Source of the DNA: Burkholderiales bacterium
Lineage (GTDB): Bacteria > Pseudomonadota > Gammaproteobacteria > Burkholderiales > JALYOK01
DNA: 61,944 bases
NCBI GenBank assembly: GCA_046598945.1
Contig: JBKJHT010000100.1
Span: 1 to 61,944 of the forward strand
Direction: 5' to 3'
A program made the position numbers and the translations under genes. The notes below the pieces were generated by a model, which saw nothing but the letters and a program-made list of their open reading frames with translations, did not search any database and was not told the origin of the DNA. Below, one piece after another: positions 9,670 to 20,110 of the stretch; positions within the stretch are counted from its first letter, which is position 1, and every line of letters begins with the position of its first letter.

Positions 9670-9895
9670 TATAGTGAAAATCCATGTTGTTCCAGCCGTA
9701 GTAAAAAAACTTTGTTGCGGTGTTGCAGCGAAGTACGCGACTTATTTTGAAGGTATTCTACTACGCTCAGAGCTATATCATATCGAAATAGTCATCGGCC
9801 TGCGAGCTAGTATCGCCTAGGCGTTCGTCAATGGCATGGCCGGAACGCGCTCTGGTGTTGGCTTGTGGCCTGATGTATTTTTGATTCCCTAAAAA

Positions 9896-9926
9896 CAACA
9901 AGCCGGGTTTGTGGCCCGGCTTGTTG
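9896..9926 (-). terminator. Intrinsic terminator of the amidohydrolase gene
   Basis: 12-bp stem CAACAAGCCGGG/CCCGGCTTGTTG followed by a T-run on the minus strand, about 25 nt after the stop. Confidence 0.8.
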
Positions 9927-9950
9927 AGTTAAGCCGCAACGATGTTGTCG

Positions 9951-11498
9951 TTAAGCGACGGTTTCTTTCTTCGGCACATAGCCATAATACGTGTTGCTAC
10001 GATTCACATCGCCACCGTTAGCAAGGTACTCTTGCTTGATCTTGGCGAGCATATCGTTGTCCCACTGCTGGGTGCCTTCTTGCGCCATCTTCACTGGATC
10101 CAACTTGTACAAACGAGCGGAATTCAGGCCGAAGATGTTGTTCTTCACAGTACCGTTGCCGGCGCCAAGTTGGGTTTTCCAACCTTGCTGCTTCATCATG
10201 TCTTCCGGGATTTCGATACGGCGCAGGGCTTCGATTTGCCACTGTGGCGAACCGTACCATACGGAGTCGGTACCCCAGACGACGTTCTCGGAGCCCATCA
10301 TGTTGACTAACTGGCCGAGGAACGCGGCGCAGAAACGCGGGTTGGTCACGGCTACACCGGCGAACACGGAACCGAGTTCCGCGTAGACGTTCTTGTATTT
10401 CTGACCAATCTTGGCGAGATCGGTGGACCAGGGGATGTAGCCGGTTTTTTCGAACTCGGCGAGTTCTTTTTCCGGGGTATCCGCGAGCCATGGACGCAGC
10501 GCCGAGTGATAGATCACAAACCTCATCTTCGGCCAATCGCGAGCGGCTTTTTCGAGGTCGTTGACCGTCGCATGTTCCCAGGTGCCGGCGAAGGCTTTTT
10601 CGTAGTCACGGGGCATCAAGCCTTTATGAATACAAATCGTGTCGATACCGGCCTTGAGGGCTTTCTCGTAGAAGGGGTACATGAGTTTTTCGTCGTCCAG
10701 TTTCCAAGCGTACTTGGACGGGCCGAACGGATCGCCGATGGTGTAGGACTTCCAGGAAACAGGCTTCAGCGTTTCGATTGCGCGATCGACTTCGTCCATC
10801 CAGTTCGGATACTTCGGCGTGATCACGGTGTGACCCAACATCCGCACGGTGCCGGCCATCTTGTTGACGGAACGGCAAGCGTTTTGAATCGCGTCGTTGG
10901 ACAGCAACCACCAGCTCGGATCATCGAACGGCGCGCCGGACAGCAGCGACACGGTCGTTTCCGAATCCAGGAAGATTTCCTTGAGGTAGTTGTCCATCTT
11001 ATAGCGCGACAGATTCATCGGCGCGGTCATCAGGTTCGGATTGACCTTGGCGCCTTCCGCCCATTTGGTTAAGCCCAGCAAACCTTCTTGCTTGAAATCA
11101 TCGCGAACGAAGTGGGTTTGATCGTCGAAAATGAACTGGCCTTTGTAACGCGATTTACGATCGCCGGCGGCGTTCATATCCACGGCTTCGGCTTCGCTCA
11201 CATCGAACACCGGGCCGAACACTTTGTTCATCGCCATGAACGCCGTTGCCATGCCGGCCGAGGTGGCCAGGAACTCGCGACGGGACAGACCATTACGCTT
11301 AGCGTTCACATCGCCCATTTCCTTGATCAGGGCTTCGACTCTCTTTTGGTGGCCGCTTTGCGGGGGCGGATTGAATTCGCCGTTGGAAATAACTTGGGTA
11401 GGAATCGGTGATCTGAATGCGCCGGTTTCTGCGCCTTCCACCAATTTCATTTCGTCGTCGCTCATGTGAACGCCGATATGTCGTTGCATTTTGCTCAT
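9951..11498 (-). CDS. Amidohydrolase-2 family metallo-dependent hydrolase with an internal twin-arginine motif
   Basis: DDQTH, ICIHKG, VIYHS and WGTDS TIM-barrel metal motifs; SRREFL plus a hydrophobic helix near residue 72; GGAGG RBS. Confidence 0.85.
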   Translation of the reverse strand: MSKMQRHIGVHMSDDEMKLVEGAETGAFRSPIPTQVISNGEFNPPPQSGHQKRVEALIKEMGDVNAKRNGLSRREFLATSAGMATAFMAMNKVFGPVFDVSEAEAVDMNAAGDRKSRYKGQFIFDDQTHFVRDDFKQEGLLGLTKWAEGAKVNPNLMTAPMNLSRYKMDNYLKEIFLDSETTVSLLSGAPFDDPSWWLLSNDAIQNACRSVNKMAGTVRMLGHTVITPKYPNWMDEVDRAIETLKPVSWKSYTIGDPFGPSKYAWKLDDEKLMYPFYEKALKAGIDTICIHKGLMPRDYEKAFAGTWEHATVNDLEKAARDWPKMRFVIYHSALRPWLADTPEKELAEFEKTGYIPWSTDLAKIGQKYKNVYAELGSVFAGVAVTNPRFCAAFLGQLVNMMGSENVVWGTDSVWYGSPQWQIEALRRIEIPEDMMKQQGWKTQLGAGNGTVKNNIFGLNSARLYKLDPVKMAQEGTQQWDNDMLAKIKQEYLANGGDVNRSNTYYGYVPKKETVA

Positions 11499-11561
11499 GA
11501 AACTTCCTCCATCCTGTGCTCGTTTATGAAATACTGCCTGGACACGAACTGATAACTACCA

Positions 11562-11831
11562 CTACTTCTTCTTGCTATCGCTAAATTCGTACTTTTGATC
11601 CGCCTCCGCCTTGCCTTCGCAGGCCGCTGCGACATTTTTCTTTGAGTTATTGCAGGCGGTGCCCAGAGAAACTAAGGTATCACCGCCAGCGTTCTCTTTA
11701 CTGCAGAAATAGTCCATTTGGCTTTTGGCGTCTGCGCATTTTCCGGCGCGTTCATCTTTCTTGTCCGCCGCAAACGACAACGACGCTACGCAGAACAACG
11801 CGAGGCACGTCAACCCAACTGTTTTTTTCAT
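11562..11831 (-). CDS. Small secreted protein with four cysteines (C-x10-C-x16-C-x10-C)
   Basis: AGGAG RBS, Sec signal peptide ending SFA, Lys/Asp-rich mature part; co-directional with and upstream of the amidohydrolase. Confidence 0.75.
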   Translation of the reverse strand: MKKTVGLTCLALFCVASLSFAADKKDERAGKCADAKSQMDYFCSKENAGGDTLVSLGTACNNSKKNVAAACEGKAEADQKYEFSDSKKK

Positions 11832-12273
11832 ATTTTCTCTCTCCTAAAAATGACAATCATTGAGACGGCTACCATGCCGATGTGACATTTTCGATACACC
11901 TGTCTCAGCCCTTGGCGGCGGCGCGTACCGTTATCTAATACCTTCTGCGCTTGGAGCGCAAGTCCTTTGTTGGAGGATTTTCCAAGCTCGCCAAGGCGAC
12001 TTAAAAAACATCGGGTTATGGAGCGCCTTCCGGCGGAGATGGGGCCCGCGTCGGCGCCGATGTAAGGCTCGATAATATTGATAAATAGGGCCCGTAGGTC
12101 AGAAAAGTGAAACGCCTTCTGACGAATGCCTGCGATGATATTTCCCAAGCCTCGTCATAGTCCATGCGCGGCGTACTCGATCCATCGTATTAATGACTCG
12201 CTCCAAATGGATACCGGCGATGGTATGTCGTTCGGCGGGTTGCGGTTGACCCGCCCGACATTTTTTCTGTGCT

Positions 12274-12525
12274 GCCACGAGGCTTATCCCGCTTGCCGCC
12301 TGGCAAGGCATGGCCTGACGGGGTGGGCTACTGGCCATGCAGGCGTAGGGAGTGCATTGCGCACGCGGACTGATTCTCCGCATCGGTTGAACAACAATCC
12401 GCGTGCGCCGTGCGCATCCTACCGATGCCAAGCCACGAGCCGCGTCCTACTTGCTGCCTGACGATGCATGGCCCGGAAGCCGCATGGCCTTAGGCCAGCC
12501 CCTGGAAACTACTTCCCAGGCCAAT
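12274..12525. repeat. Mosaic intergenic repeat cluster (GCCACGAG/GCATGGCC/TAGG family)
   Basis: Imperfect 44-nt direct repeats at 12274-12317 and 12432-12475. 12482-12506 matches 27316-27340 at 24/25. Confidence 0.75.
12345..12422. repeat. GTAG-type REP doublet (REPIN-like)
   Basis: GTAGG...GCGCACGCGGA and TCCGCGTGCGC...CCTAC form an inverted pair with GTAG/CTAC termini. Confidence 0.7.
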
Positions 12526-12665
12526 AGGTTTGATGTTTTCGCTATCCTTGTACAAAGACAAAACTGAACCATGAAAACCATCACACCACGCCAAGCCGAT
12601 GTTTAGAAAACCGGTCTTGGCGGCAGCGCGTTTCAACAGCCGTGACCGGGGGCATCAACGCGGAC

Positions 12666-12695
12666 TTGAAGTAAGTACCGGATTTTTAGTATAAT
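12666..12695 (+). promoter_or_regulatory. Sigma70-type promoter of the rpsB operon
   Basis: TTGAAG (12666-12671), 18-nt spacer, TATAAT (12690-12695). Confidence 0.7.
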
Positions 12696-12701
12696 TCCAA
12701 G

Positions 12702-12838
12702 TTAACCCGATGTTAGGCATGGTGCCGAGCGCGGGTAATACTCACGCCCGTCTCGATAAGGGTGCTTGCCAAGTTGATCAAACAACTGGGCAGGCTTGCA
12801 GCGGCGGGCGGCGGACTAACCCTTAACTGGAGAATTGA
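12702..12838 (+). promoter_or_regulatory. Structured rpsB 5' leader (S2 autoregulatory/t44-like)
   Basis: Lies between the promoter and rpsB; hairpins ACCCG/CGGGT and CGCCCG/CGGGCG, with GGGTG and AACCC segments as in proteobacterial S2 leaders. Confidence 0.55.
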
Positions 12839-13582
12839 ATGTCAGTAACCATGCGTCAAATGCTGGAGGCTGGGGTGCACTTTGGCCACCAGACCCGCTT
12901 CTGGAATCCCAAGATGGCGCCGTATATCTTCGGCCATCGCAATAAAATTCATATCGTTAACCTGGAAAAATCGCTTCCGATGTACGAAGATGCGATGAAG
13001 TACATTCGCCAACTCTCGGCGAACAAGGGCACGATTCTATTTGTCGGCACGAAGCGCCAGGCGCGCGAAATCGTGCGCGAAGAAGCCTCGCGCTGCCAAT
13101 CGCCCTACGTCGATTATCGTTGGCTCGGCGGCATGCTGACCAACTTTAAAACCGTGAAGGGTTCGGTCAAGCGTTTGAAAGAAATCGAGCAGATGAAAGA
13201 AGATGGCTCGATGGAAAAAATTTCGAAACGCGAAGCGTTAGGCTACGAGCGCGAGCTTGCTAAGCTGACGCGCAGCCTGGGCGGTTTCAAGGATATGGCG
13301 GTGTTGCCGGACGCATTGTTCGTGATCGATACCGGTTACCAAAAAATTGCGTTGACGGAAGCGAAGACGCTGGGGATTCCCATCATCGGTGTGGTGGATA
13401 CGAACAACACGCCGGATGGTGTCGACTACATTATCCCGGGTAACGACGATTCGACTCGGGCGATTCGCCTGTATGCCCGTGGCGCCGCGGATGCGATTCT
13501 CGAAGGGCGCAGCCAAGTGATCAAGGAAATGGTCGCGCCGGTCGAAGAGGAATTCATCGAAGTCGAAGAAGCCGCGAAGTAG
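12839..13582 (+). CDS. rpsB: 30S ribosomal protein S2
   Basis: [22 protein letters not shown] and PGNDD motifs. Confidence 0.99.
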   Translation: MSVTMRQMLEAGVHFGHQTRFWNPKMAPYIFGHRNKIHIVNLEKSLPMYEDAMKYIRQLSANKGTILFVGTKRQAREIVREEASRCQSPYVDYRWLGGMLTNFKTVKGSVKRLKEIEQMKEDGSMEKISKREALGYERELAKLTRSLGGFKDMAVLPDALFVIDTGYQKIALTEAKTLGIPIIGVVDTNNTPDGVDYIIPGNDDSTRAIRLYARGAADAILEGRSQVIKEMVAPVEEEFIEVEEAAK

Positions 13583-13612
13583 TCGTACGACATATTTTTT
13601 AGGGGTAGACAC

Positions 13613-14494
13613 ATGGCGGAAATTACCGCTGGAATGGTGAAAGAATTGCGCGAGAAAACCGACGCGCCGATGATGGAATGTAAGAAGGCCTTGTCCGAAG
13701 CCCATGGCGATATGGAAAAGGCCGAAGAAATTCTGCGCGTGAAGTTGGGCAGTAAAGCGAGCAAGGCAGCGGGACGTATCGCCGCGGAAGGCGTGGTCGC
13801 GACGTTCATCGGCGGCGATCTGAAACTCGGCTCAATGGTTGAAGTCAATTGTGAAACCGACTTTGTCGCAAAGAACGAAGACTTTTTGGCGTTCGCGAAA
13901 AATCTGGCCGAGTTAGTGGCGAAGCACAGTCCGGCTGATGTTGCGGCGTTATCGGGATTGAGCCTAAATGATGCAACGGTCGAAACGATTCGCACGGCGC
14001 TGGTCGGTAAGATTGGCGAAAACGTGTCGATTCGACGTTTTGCTCGGATCGAAGCGAAGGGCAAGATCAGCCAGTATATCCACGGCGGCGCTAAGATTGG
14101 CGTGATGGTGGATCTTGTCGGCGGCGACGAAGCCTTGGCAAAAGACCTCTCCATGCACATCGCCGCGAGCAAACCGGTGGCGTTGGCGAAGGAAGAAGTC
14201 GCGCCCGAGTTGATCCAGAAAGAGCGCGACATTGCGACCGCAAAGGCGGCGGAATCCGGCAAGCCGCCGGAAATCGTAGCGAAGATGGTCGAAGGCAGCG
14301 TGGCGAAATATCTGAAAGAAGTAACTCTGCTCGGCCAGCCGTTCGTTAAAGACGATAAGCAAACCATTGAGCAATTGCTGAAATCCAAGAGTGCATCGGT
14401 TGCGCGTTTCGTGATTTACATTGTCGGCGAAGGTATCGAGAAAAAGCAAACGGACTTTGCCGCGGAAGTAGCCGCAGCGGTCAAGGGCGCCTAG
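13613..14494 (+). CDS. tsf: Elongation factor Ts
   Basis: [16 protein letters not shown] and [10 protein letters not shown]. Confidence 0.99.
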   Translation: MAEITAGMVKELREKTDAPMMECKKALSEAHGDMEKAEEILRVKLGSKASKAAGRIAAEGVVATFIGGDLKLGSMVEVNCETDFVAKNEDFLAFAKNLAELVAKHSPADVAALSGLSLNDATVETIRTALVGKIGENVSIRRFARIEAKGKISQYIHGGAKIGVMVDLVGGDEALAKDLSMHIAASKPVALAKEEVAPELIQKERDIATAKAAESGKPPEIVAKMVEGSVAKYLKEVTLLGQPFVKDDKQTIEQLLKSKSASVARFVIYIVGEGIEKKQTDFAAEVAAAVKGA

Positions 14495-14521
14495 TCAAAG
14501 TCTTCTCGATGCGGACGCACG

Positions 14522-15238
14522 ATGGCCGAACCGAAATATAAACGAATTCTTCTCAAGCTCTCAGGCGAGGCGCTGATGGGCGAAGACAGCTATGGGATCA
14601 ATCAGACAACGATTGGCGCCATTGTCGCTGAAATTAAATCGGTCATCGATCTGGGTGTGCAGGTTGCCGTTGTCATCGGCGGCGGCAACATCTTTCGTGG
14701 CGTGTCATCCAGTGCCGCTGGCATGGATCGCGCCATGGCGGATTATATGGGCATGTTGGCAACGGTGATCAATGCGATCGCGCTGCAGGACGCCATGCGC
14801 GTTGCCGGATTGAGCGCGCGGGTGCAGTCGGCTATTAATATCGAACCGGTGGTCGAACCCTATATTCGTGGCAAAGCGATGCGTTATTTGGAAGAAGGCA
14901 AGGTCGTGATTTTTGGCGCCGGCACGGGCAATCCTTTTTTTACGACCGATACGGCAGCGGCGTTGCGTGGCCGCGAGATGGAAGCGGAAATTGTGCTCAA
15001 AGCCACCAAGGTCGACGGCATTTATACCGCTGATCCTAAGCTCGACAAGACCGCGACGCGCTTCAAACATATTTCCTTCGATGAAGCCATCAATCGCAAT
15101 CTCAAAGTAATGGATGCGACGGCGCTGACCTTGTGCCGCGACCAAAATCTTCCGATTTGTGTTTTCAGTATCTTCGAAGCCGGCGCGCTGAAGCGCGTGG
15201 TGATGGGTGAAGACGAAGGTACATTAGTAACTGCGTAG
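14522..15238 (+). CDS. pyrH: UMP kinase
   Basis: [19 protein letters not shown] and GNPFFTTD. Confidence 0.99.
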   Translation: MAEPKYKRILLKLSGEALMGEDSYGINQTTIGAIVAEIKSVIDLGVQVAVVIGGGNIFRGVSSSAAGMDRAMADYMGMLATVINAIALQDAMRVAGLSARVQSAINIEPVVEPYIRGKAMRYLEEGKVVIFGAGTGNPFFTTDTAAALRGREMEAEIVLKATKVDGIYTADPKLDKTATRFKHISFDEAINRNLKVMDATALTLCRDQNLPICVFSIFEAGALKRVVMGEDEGTLVTA

Positions 15239-15263
15239 TTGTTCCCGTTTTGTGAGGTGAATC

Positions 15264-15821
15264 ATGATTGCGGATATCAAAAAAACGTCCGAGCAAAAAA
15301 TGCAAAAGACCGTCGAGAGCTTTAAGGTTTCGCTGGGCAAGATTCGCACCGGCCGTGCCCATACCGGCTTGCTTGAGCATATCAAGGTCGATTATTACGG
15401 TACGTCCATGCCGATCAATCAAGTGGCGAACCTAAGTTTAATCGATGCCCATACCATCGGCGTTCAACCCTGGGAGAAGAAACTGATTGGCACGGTGGAA
15501 AAAGCGATTCGCGATTCCGGCCTTGGCCTTAATCCTGCCACCCAAGGGGAAATAATTCGCGTGCCGATGCCCGCGTTAACCGAAGAGCGCCGCCGCGAGT
15601 TGACCAAAGTGGTCAAACACGAAGCGGAAGATGCGCGAGTTGCGGTGCGCAACGTACGCCGCGACGCCATCACGCATTTAAAAGATGCGCTGAAAGCAAA
15701 AACCGTTTCCGAAGATGACGAGCGACGCGCGCAAGACGACATCCAGAAACAGACCGATAAGTATGTCGCGGAAATCGACAAGCTAAGTCACACGAAAGAA
15801 GCGGAGATGATGACGGTTTAG
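15264..15821 (+). CDS. frr: Ribosome recycling factor
   Basis: [14 protein letters not shown] and VRNVRRDA. Confidence 0.99.
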   Translation: MIADIKKTSEQKMQKTVESFKVSLGKIRTGRAHTGLLEHIKVDYYGTSMPINQVANLSLIDAHTIGVQPWEKKLIGTVEKAIRDSGLGLNPATQGEIIRVPMPALTEERRRELTKVVKHEAEDARVAVRNVRRDAITHLKDALKAKTVSEDDERRAQDDIQKQTDKYVAEIDKLSHTKEAEMMTV

Positions 15822-15856
15822 CCGAACCGCATCTGACCCAGCGAGCCAGACTTACC

Positions 15857-16633
15857 GTGGCAATCTTTTCTAGCCCGACGCAACAAATTCCCGACGCGCT
15901 GTCGATACCGCGCCACGTCGCGATCATCATGGATGGCAATGGACGCTGGGCGAAGCAGCGGTATCTTCCGCGCGTGGCGGGGCATCGCAAGGGGGCCGAT
16001 GCCTTACGGGCGACCATCCGGCGCTGCGTACAGCGCGGCGTCGAGTACCTCACCGTATTTGCTTTTAGCAGTGAGAACTGGCGCCGCCCGGCGGAAGAGG
16101 TCAGCGTGTTGATGCAGTTATTCCTGAGCGCGCTGGAGCAGGAAATTTCCAAACTCCATGACAACGATATCCGCTTCAAAGTGGTCGGTGATCTGTCCCG
16201 CTTCGACAAGAAAATCGTCGATCTAATTCAAAACGCCGAAGCGATGACGCAACAGAATAAACGCTTGACGTTAACGGTCGCCGCAAACTACGGCGGTCGC
16301 TGGGACATTAGGCAAGCGGTTCAGCGCATGCTGCGCGATCGACCGGAATTGGCATTGGGATTCGAGGAGCAAGATTTCGCGCCGTATATGTCGATGCACT
16401 ACGCGCCCGAGCCGGATCTTTTCATTCGCACCGGCGGCGAGCAACGCATTAGCAATTTTCTGTTGTGGCAGCTTGCCTATACCGAACTTTATTTTACCGA
16501 TACCCTGTGGCCCGACTTTAACGGCCAGGCGCTGGATTCGGCGATCGAATCCTATCAATCGCGCGAACGGCGCTTCGGCCGCACCAGTGACCAGGTTCAG
16601 GCCGGGCATCTGGGCAAGGCGACTCTCGGCTGA
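15857..16633 (+). CDS. uppS: Undecaprenyl diphosphate synthase
   Basis: [22 protein letters not shown] and [16 protein letters not shown]. Confidence 0.98.
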   Translation: MAIFSSPTQQIPDALSIPRHVAIIMDGNGRWAKQRYLPRVAGHRKGADALRATIRRCVQRGVEYLTVFAFSSENWRRPAEEVSVLMQLFLSALEQEISKLHDNDIRFKVVGDLSRFDKKIVDLIQNAEAMTQQNKRLTLTVAANYGGRWDIRQAVQRMLRDRPELALGFEEQDFAPYMSMHYAPEPDLFIRTGGEQRISNFLLWQLAYTELYFTDTLWPDFNGQALDSAIESYQSRERRFGRTSDQVQAGHLGKATLG

Positions 16634-16700
16634 TCGCGTGCCTGTTTTTTCCTATTCGTTCGAGCGTCATGCTTCGCTCGAGTCGGTAAACTAGCTTCCC

Positions 16701-17540
16701 ATGTTGCGCACGCGCCTTCTGACGGTTGCGACGATTTTTCCTCTATTTCTATTGGCATTGTTTTACCTGCCGAATAGTTATTGGTCGGCATTGATCCTTT
16801 TGCTTATGGTAACCGCGGCGCACGAGTGGGCGCGGCTGTTCGATATCAGTCATGCCGCAGCGATCGCATTTGCCGTGTCGACGTTACTCATCGCCGGCGC
16901 ACTGTGTCTAGGCGCTAGTGACGCACTCATTCCCAGCGCGTTTGCGATCCAAGCGGTTTGTGTCGTGGCGACACTGTTCTGGGTTTTCGTGGCGCCGTAT
17001 ATGCTCAAGAATCGTATGCATGTTTCCGGTCGAGTATCGGTGCTGCTATTGGGATGGGCGGTCTTGATCCCGCTGTGGGCGGCGTTGGTTGAGCTGCGCC
17101 GGTTCGGGCCGTTGTACGTTTTTTTTGCGATGGGCGTCATCTGGCTTGCCGACACCGCGGCCTACTTCAGCGGTCGCGCTTTCGGTAAACACAAATTGGC
17201 GCCGGGCATCAGTCCAGGCAAAACCGTCGAGGGTGCGTTCGGTGCGCTGGCCGTCGCTGCTTTGTATGCGGCGATTCTTGTTGTCTTGGGACATCGATCC
17301 GGGACAATGTCACTCGCCGGTCTACCGATGATGATGATCGGCTTTGTTGTAATTGTCGTCTTGAGCATTGTCGGTGATTTGTTTGAATCCTGGATCAAGC
17401 GCCAGTGCGGCAAGAAGGACAGCGGAAGCTTGTTTCCCGGTCACGGTGGTATACTCGATCGCATTGATTCCCTGACCTCTACCATGCCTGTTGTAGTTCT
17501 CGCGCTGATGTGTTGCAAATCGATTTGGGGCATCTTGTGA
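16701..17540 (+). CDS. cdsA: Phosphatidate cytidylyltransferase
   Basis: ISPGKTVEG and KDSGSLFPGHGGILDRIDS; multiple TM helices. Confidence 0.97.
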   Translation: MLRTRLLTVATIFPLFLLALFYLPNSYWSALILLLMVTAAHEWARLFDISHAAAIAFAVSTLLIAGALCLGASDALIPSAFAIQAVCVVATLFWVFVAPYMLKNRMHVSGRVSVLLLGWAVLIPLWAALVELRRFGPLYVFFAMGVIWLADTAAYFSGRAFGKHKLAPGISPGKTVEGAFGALAVAALYAAILVVLGHRSGTMSLAGLPMMMIGFVVIVVLSIVGDLFESWIKRQCGKKDSGSLFPGHGGILDRIDSLTSTMPVVVLALMCCKSIWGIL

Positions 17541-18751
17541 AGTTCGTTACCTTGCTAGGATCCACCGGTACGATAGGCGTTAACACGCTTGATGTGGTGG
17601 CGCGGCATCCCACGTTGTTCCAAGTTTTTGCGTTGGCCGCGCATGGTAACTTTGAGCGGTTGGTCGACCAATGTGAGCGCTTCAAACCGCGCTATGCGGT
17701 TCTGTGCGACGAGCGAAAAATCGACGCCTGCGAGCAATTACTGCGGGCGCGAGATATACCGACTGAGCTACTTTTCGGCGCTGACGGTTTGGAGCGTGTG
17801 GTGTCTGATGCACGTACCGATATCGTGATGGCGGCAATCGTCGGCGCCGCTGGACTAAAGTCCACGTTCGCGGCGGCGTGCGCCGGGAAGCGCGTGCTGT
17901 TAGCCAATAAAGAAGCGCTGGTGATGTCCGGCAAACTATTGATGGACGCGGTGCGCGAGCATCACGCCGAGCTGCTTCCCATCGACAGCGAACACAACGC
18001 TGTGTTTCAAGTCTTTCCTGCGGTTCGCGGCCGTGACCTGGCACAGGTGGGCGTGAAAAAAATTATTCTCACCGCATCGGGCGGACCATTCCGAACCATG
18101 CGGCGAGCCGACCTTGCGCGCGTCACGCCTTCACAGGCGGTCAAACATCCCAATTGGGTGATGGGTAAGAAAATTTCTGTCGACTCGGCGACCATGATGA
18201 ACAAAGGCCTGGAAATGATCGAGGCCTGCTGGCTGTTCGATACGACACCCGATCATGTGGAAATATTGATTCACCCGGAAAGCATTATTCATTCCATGGT
18301 CAGCTATTGCGATGGTTCTGTCTTGGCGCAAATGTCTAACCCCGACATGCGCATTCCGATTGCCTACGGGTTGGGCTACCCGGCGCGAATTGACGCGGGG
18401 GTCGCCGAGCTGGATCTGGCGAAAATCGCCAAACTTAATTTCGAATCCTTAGTTCAGGATCAATTCCCCTGCGTGCGATCGGCGTACGATGCCATGGCAT
18501 CGGGTGGAACCGCAACTGCGATTCTCAACGGCGCCAACGAAGTCGCGGTCGAGGCATTCTTGCTCGAAGAATTGCCGTTCAGATCGATTCCCAAGGTGAT
18601 TGATTTTGCTCTGAAAGAGATTAAGGCCGCTCCGGTACACCAACTGGACGATGTAATGCGCGCGGATCGTGATGCGCGCTCGGTTGCGCAAGATTGGATC
18701 CGGTCTTATACCGGTCAGCGCAGTAAAGTTTCGCTAGCCGCATCTTTATGA
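17537..18751 (+). CDS. dxr: 1-deoxy-D-xylulose 5-phosphate reductoisomerase
   Basis: LLGSTGTIG, LANKE, PIDSEH and HPNWVMG; GTG start at 17537 overlaps the cdsA stop. Confidence 0.97.
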   Translation: MKFVTLLGSTGTIGVNTLDVVARHPTLFQVFALAAHGNFERLVDQCERFKPRYAVLCDERKIDACEQLLRARDIPTELLFGADGLERVVSDARTDIVMAAIVGAAGLKSTFAAACAGKRVLLANKEALVMSGKLLMDAVREHHAELLPIDSEHNAVFQVFPAVRGRDLAQVGVKKIILTASGGPFRTMRRADLARVTPSQAVKHPNWVMGKKISVDSATMMNKGLEMIEACWLFDTTPDHVEILIHPESIIHSMVSYCDGSVLAQMSNPDMRIPIAYGLGYPARIDAGVAELDLAKIAKLNFESLVQDQFPCVRSAYDAMASGGTATAILNGANEVAVEAFLLEELPFRSIPKVIDFALKEIKAAPVHQLDDVMRADRDARSVAQDWIRSYTGQRSKVSLAASL

Positions 18752-20103
18752 CTTGGCTCTCGTATCTTCCGGCGTTCGCGGTATTACTTGGCATTGTCGT
18801 GGTGATCCATGAGCTCGGCCACTATTGGGTCGCCAAATGGTGTGGCGTCAAAGTTCTACGATTTTCGGTGGGATTCGGCAAGCCCATCCTAAGTCGGCGT
18901 TACGGCCGCGATCAAACGGAGTGGGCATTGGGCGCGTTTCCTCTCGGCGGTTACGTCAAGATGCTCGACGAACGCGAGGCGCCGGTGGCGCAGCAGGACT
19001 TGCATCGAGCGTTCAATCGGCAGACGGTTGCAAAACGTATTGCAATAGTAGTCGCCGGGCCAATGGCGAATTTGTTGTTGGCAATCTTGCTTTTTTGGGG
19101 ACTGTTCATTGTCGGCATGCCGGGGGTTCAGCCCATCTTAGGCGACATCGTAGAAGGCAGCGCGGCCCAACGCGCCGGCTTTGTTCCGGGCGAGAAAATC
19201 GTTGCGATCGACGGCGATCCAATTTTGACCTGGCACGAAGCAGGCTGGGCTTTCACCACGCGGCTGGCGAGTAAGCAACCGATCAACGTAACCGCGGAAG
19301 ATTCGGCCGGGCAGCAACGCGACCGCATGTTTGATGCGCAGGAATTGACGGATCAAGACTTGGAGAGCGATGTGCTTGCCAAGCTAGGGTTAACGCGTCG
19401 CAGCCTCGGCGTGCAGATCGTCGAAGTGATTGCGGCAAGCCCCGCGTTGCGCGCCGGATTCGTGCCGGGCGACGAAGTAGTAGCGATCGATCGCAAGACG
19501 CTGACCGGCGGGGTGCATCAGTTTATCGGAATCATCCAGGTAAATGTGGCTAAACCACTTGAGGTCGAAGTTAAGCGCAACGGAGCGGTGATCCAATTGC
19601 GTGTCACACCTGAAGCGGCGCCCGGGCGTGGGGCAAAAGCGGGTGTGATCGGCGCGAAAGTCGGTGAAATGGATCGGCCGGAACTTCGCGCCAGCGCGAG
19701 CTATCCGCCGTACTTGGCGCTAACGAAAGCGCTAAGCAAGACTTGGGATATGAGTTGGCTCAGTCTGAAGTCACTGGGAAAAATGCTGATCGGCGAGATG
19801 TCCATCAAAAATCTCAGTGGCCCGGTTACCATCGCTAACTATGCGGGCCAGACGGCGCAGATGGGCTTGATTCAGTTTATTAGCTTTGTCGCCGTCATTA
19901 GCATCAGTCTCGGTATCCTGAATCTGCTGCCCATCCCGTTATTGGATGGCGGGCATTTGATGTATTATATTGCCGAAATAATCAAAGGCAGTCCGGTGTC
20001 CGAACGCATCATGGAGGCAGGCCAACAAGTGGGTCTGGCTTTGCTAATCGGATTGATGGTCATAGCCTTTTATAACGATATCAACCGCCTCATCACAGGT
20101 TAA
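18748..20103 (+). CDS. rseP: RIP metalloprotease RseP
   Basis: HELGH, two PDZ-like domains and NLLPIPLLDGG. Confidence 0.97.
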   Translation: MTWLSYLPAFAVLLGIVVVIHELGHYWVAKWCGVKVLRFSVGFGKPILSRRYGRDQTEWALGAFPLGGYVKMLDEREAPVAQQDLHRAFNRQTVAKRIAIVVAGPMANLLLAILLFWGLFIVGMPGVQPILGDIVEGSAAQRAGFVPGEKIVAIDGDPILTWHEAGWAFTTRLASKQPINVTAEDSAGQQRDRMFDAQELTDQDLESDVLAKLGLTRRSLGVQIVEVIAASPALRAGFVPGDEVVAIDRKTLTGGVHQFIGIIQVNVAKPLEVEVKRNGAVIQLRVTPEAAPGRGAKAGVIGAKVGEMDRPELRASASYPPYLALTKALSKTWDMSWLSLKSLGKMLIGEMSIKNLSGPVTIANYAGQTAQMGLIQFISFVAVISISLGILNLLPIPLLDGGHLMYYIAEIIKGSPVSERIMEAGQQVGLALLIGLMVIAFYNDINRLITG

Positions 20104-20110
20104 GCAATCT

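Noticed and set aside
11828-12461. Several 70-110-aa ORFs in the spacer before rpsB
   Set aside because: Mutually overlapping, no motifs or RBS, and partly read through repeats.
12274-12525. Possible degenerate CRISPR array
   Set aside because: Only two diverged direct repeats, no regular repeat-spacer period and no cas genes.
13426-14388. 320-aa ORF antisense to tsf
   Set aside because: Typical antisense frame of a highly expressed gene.
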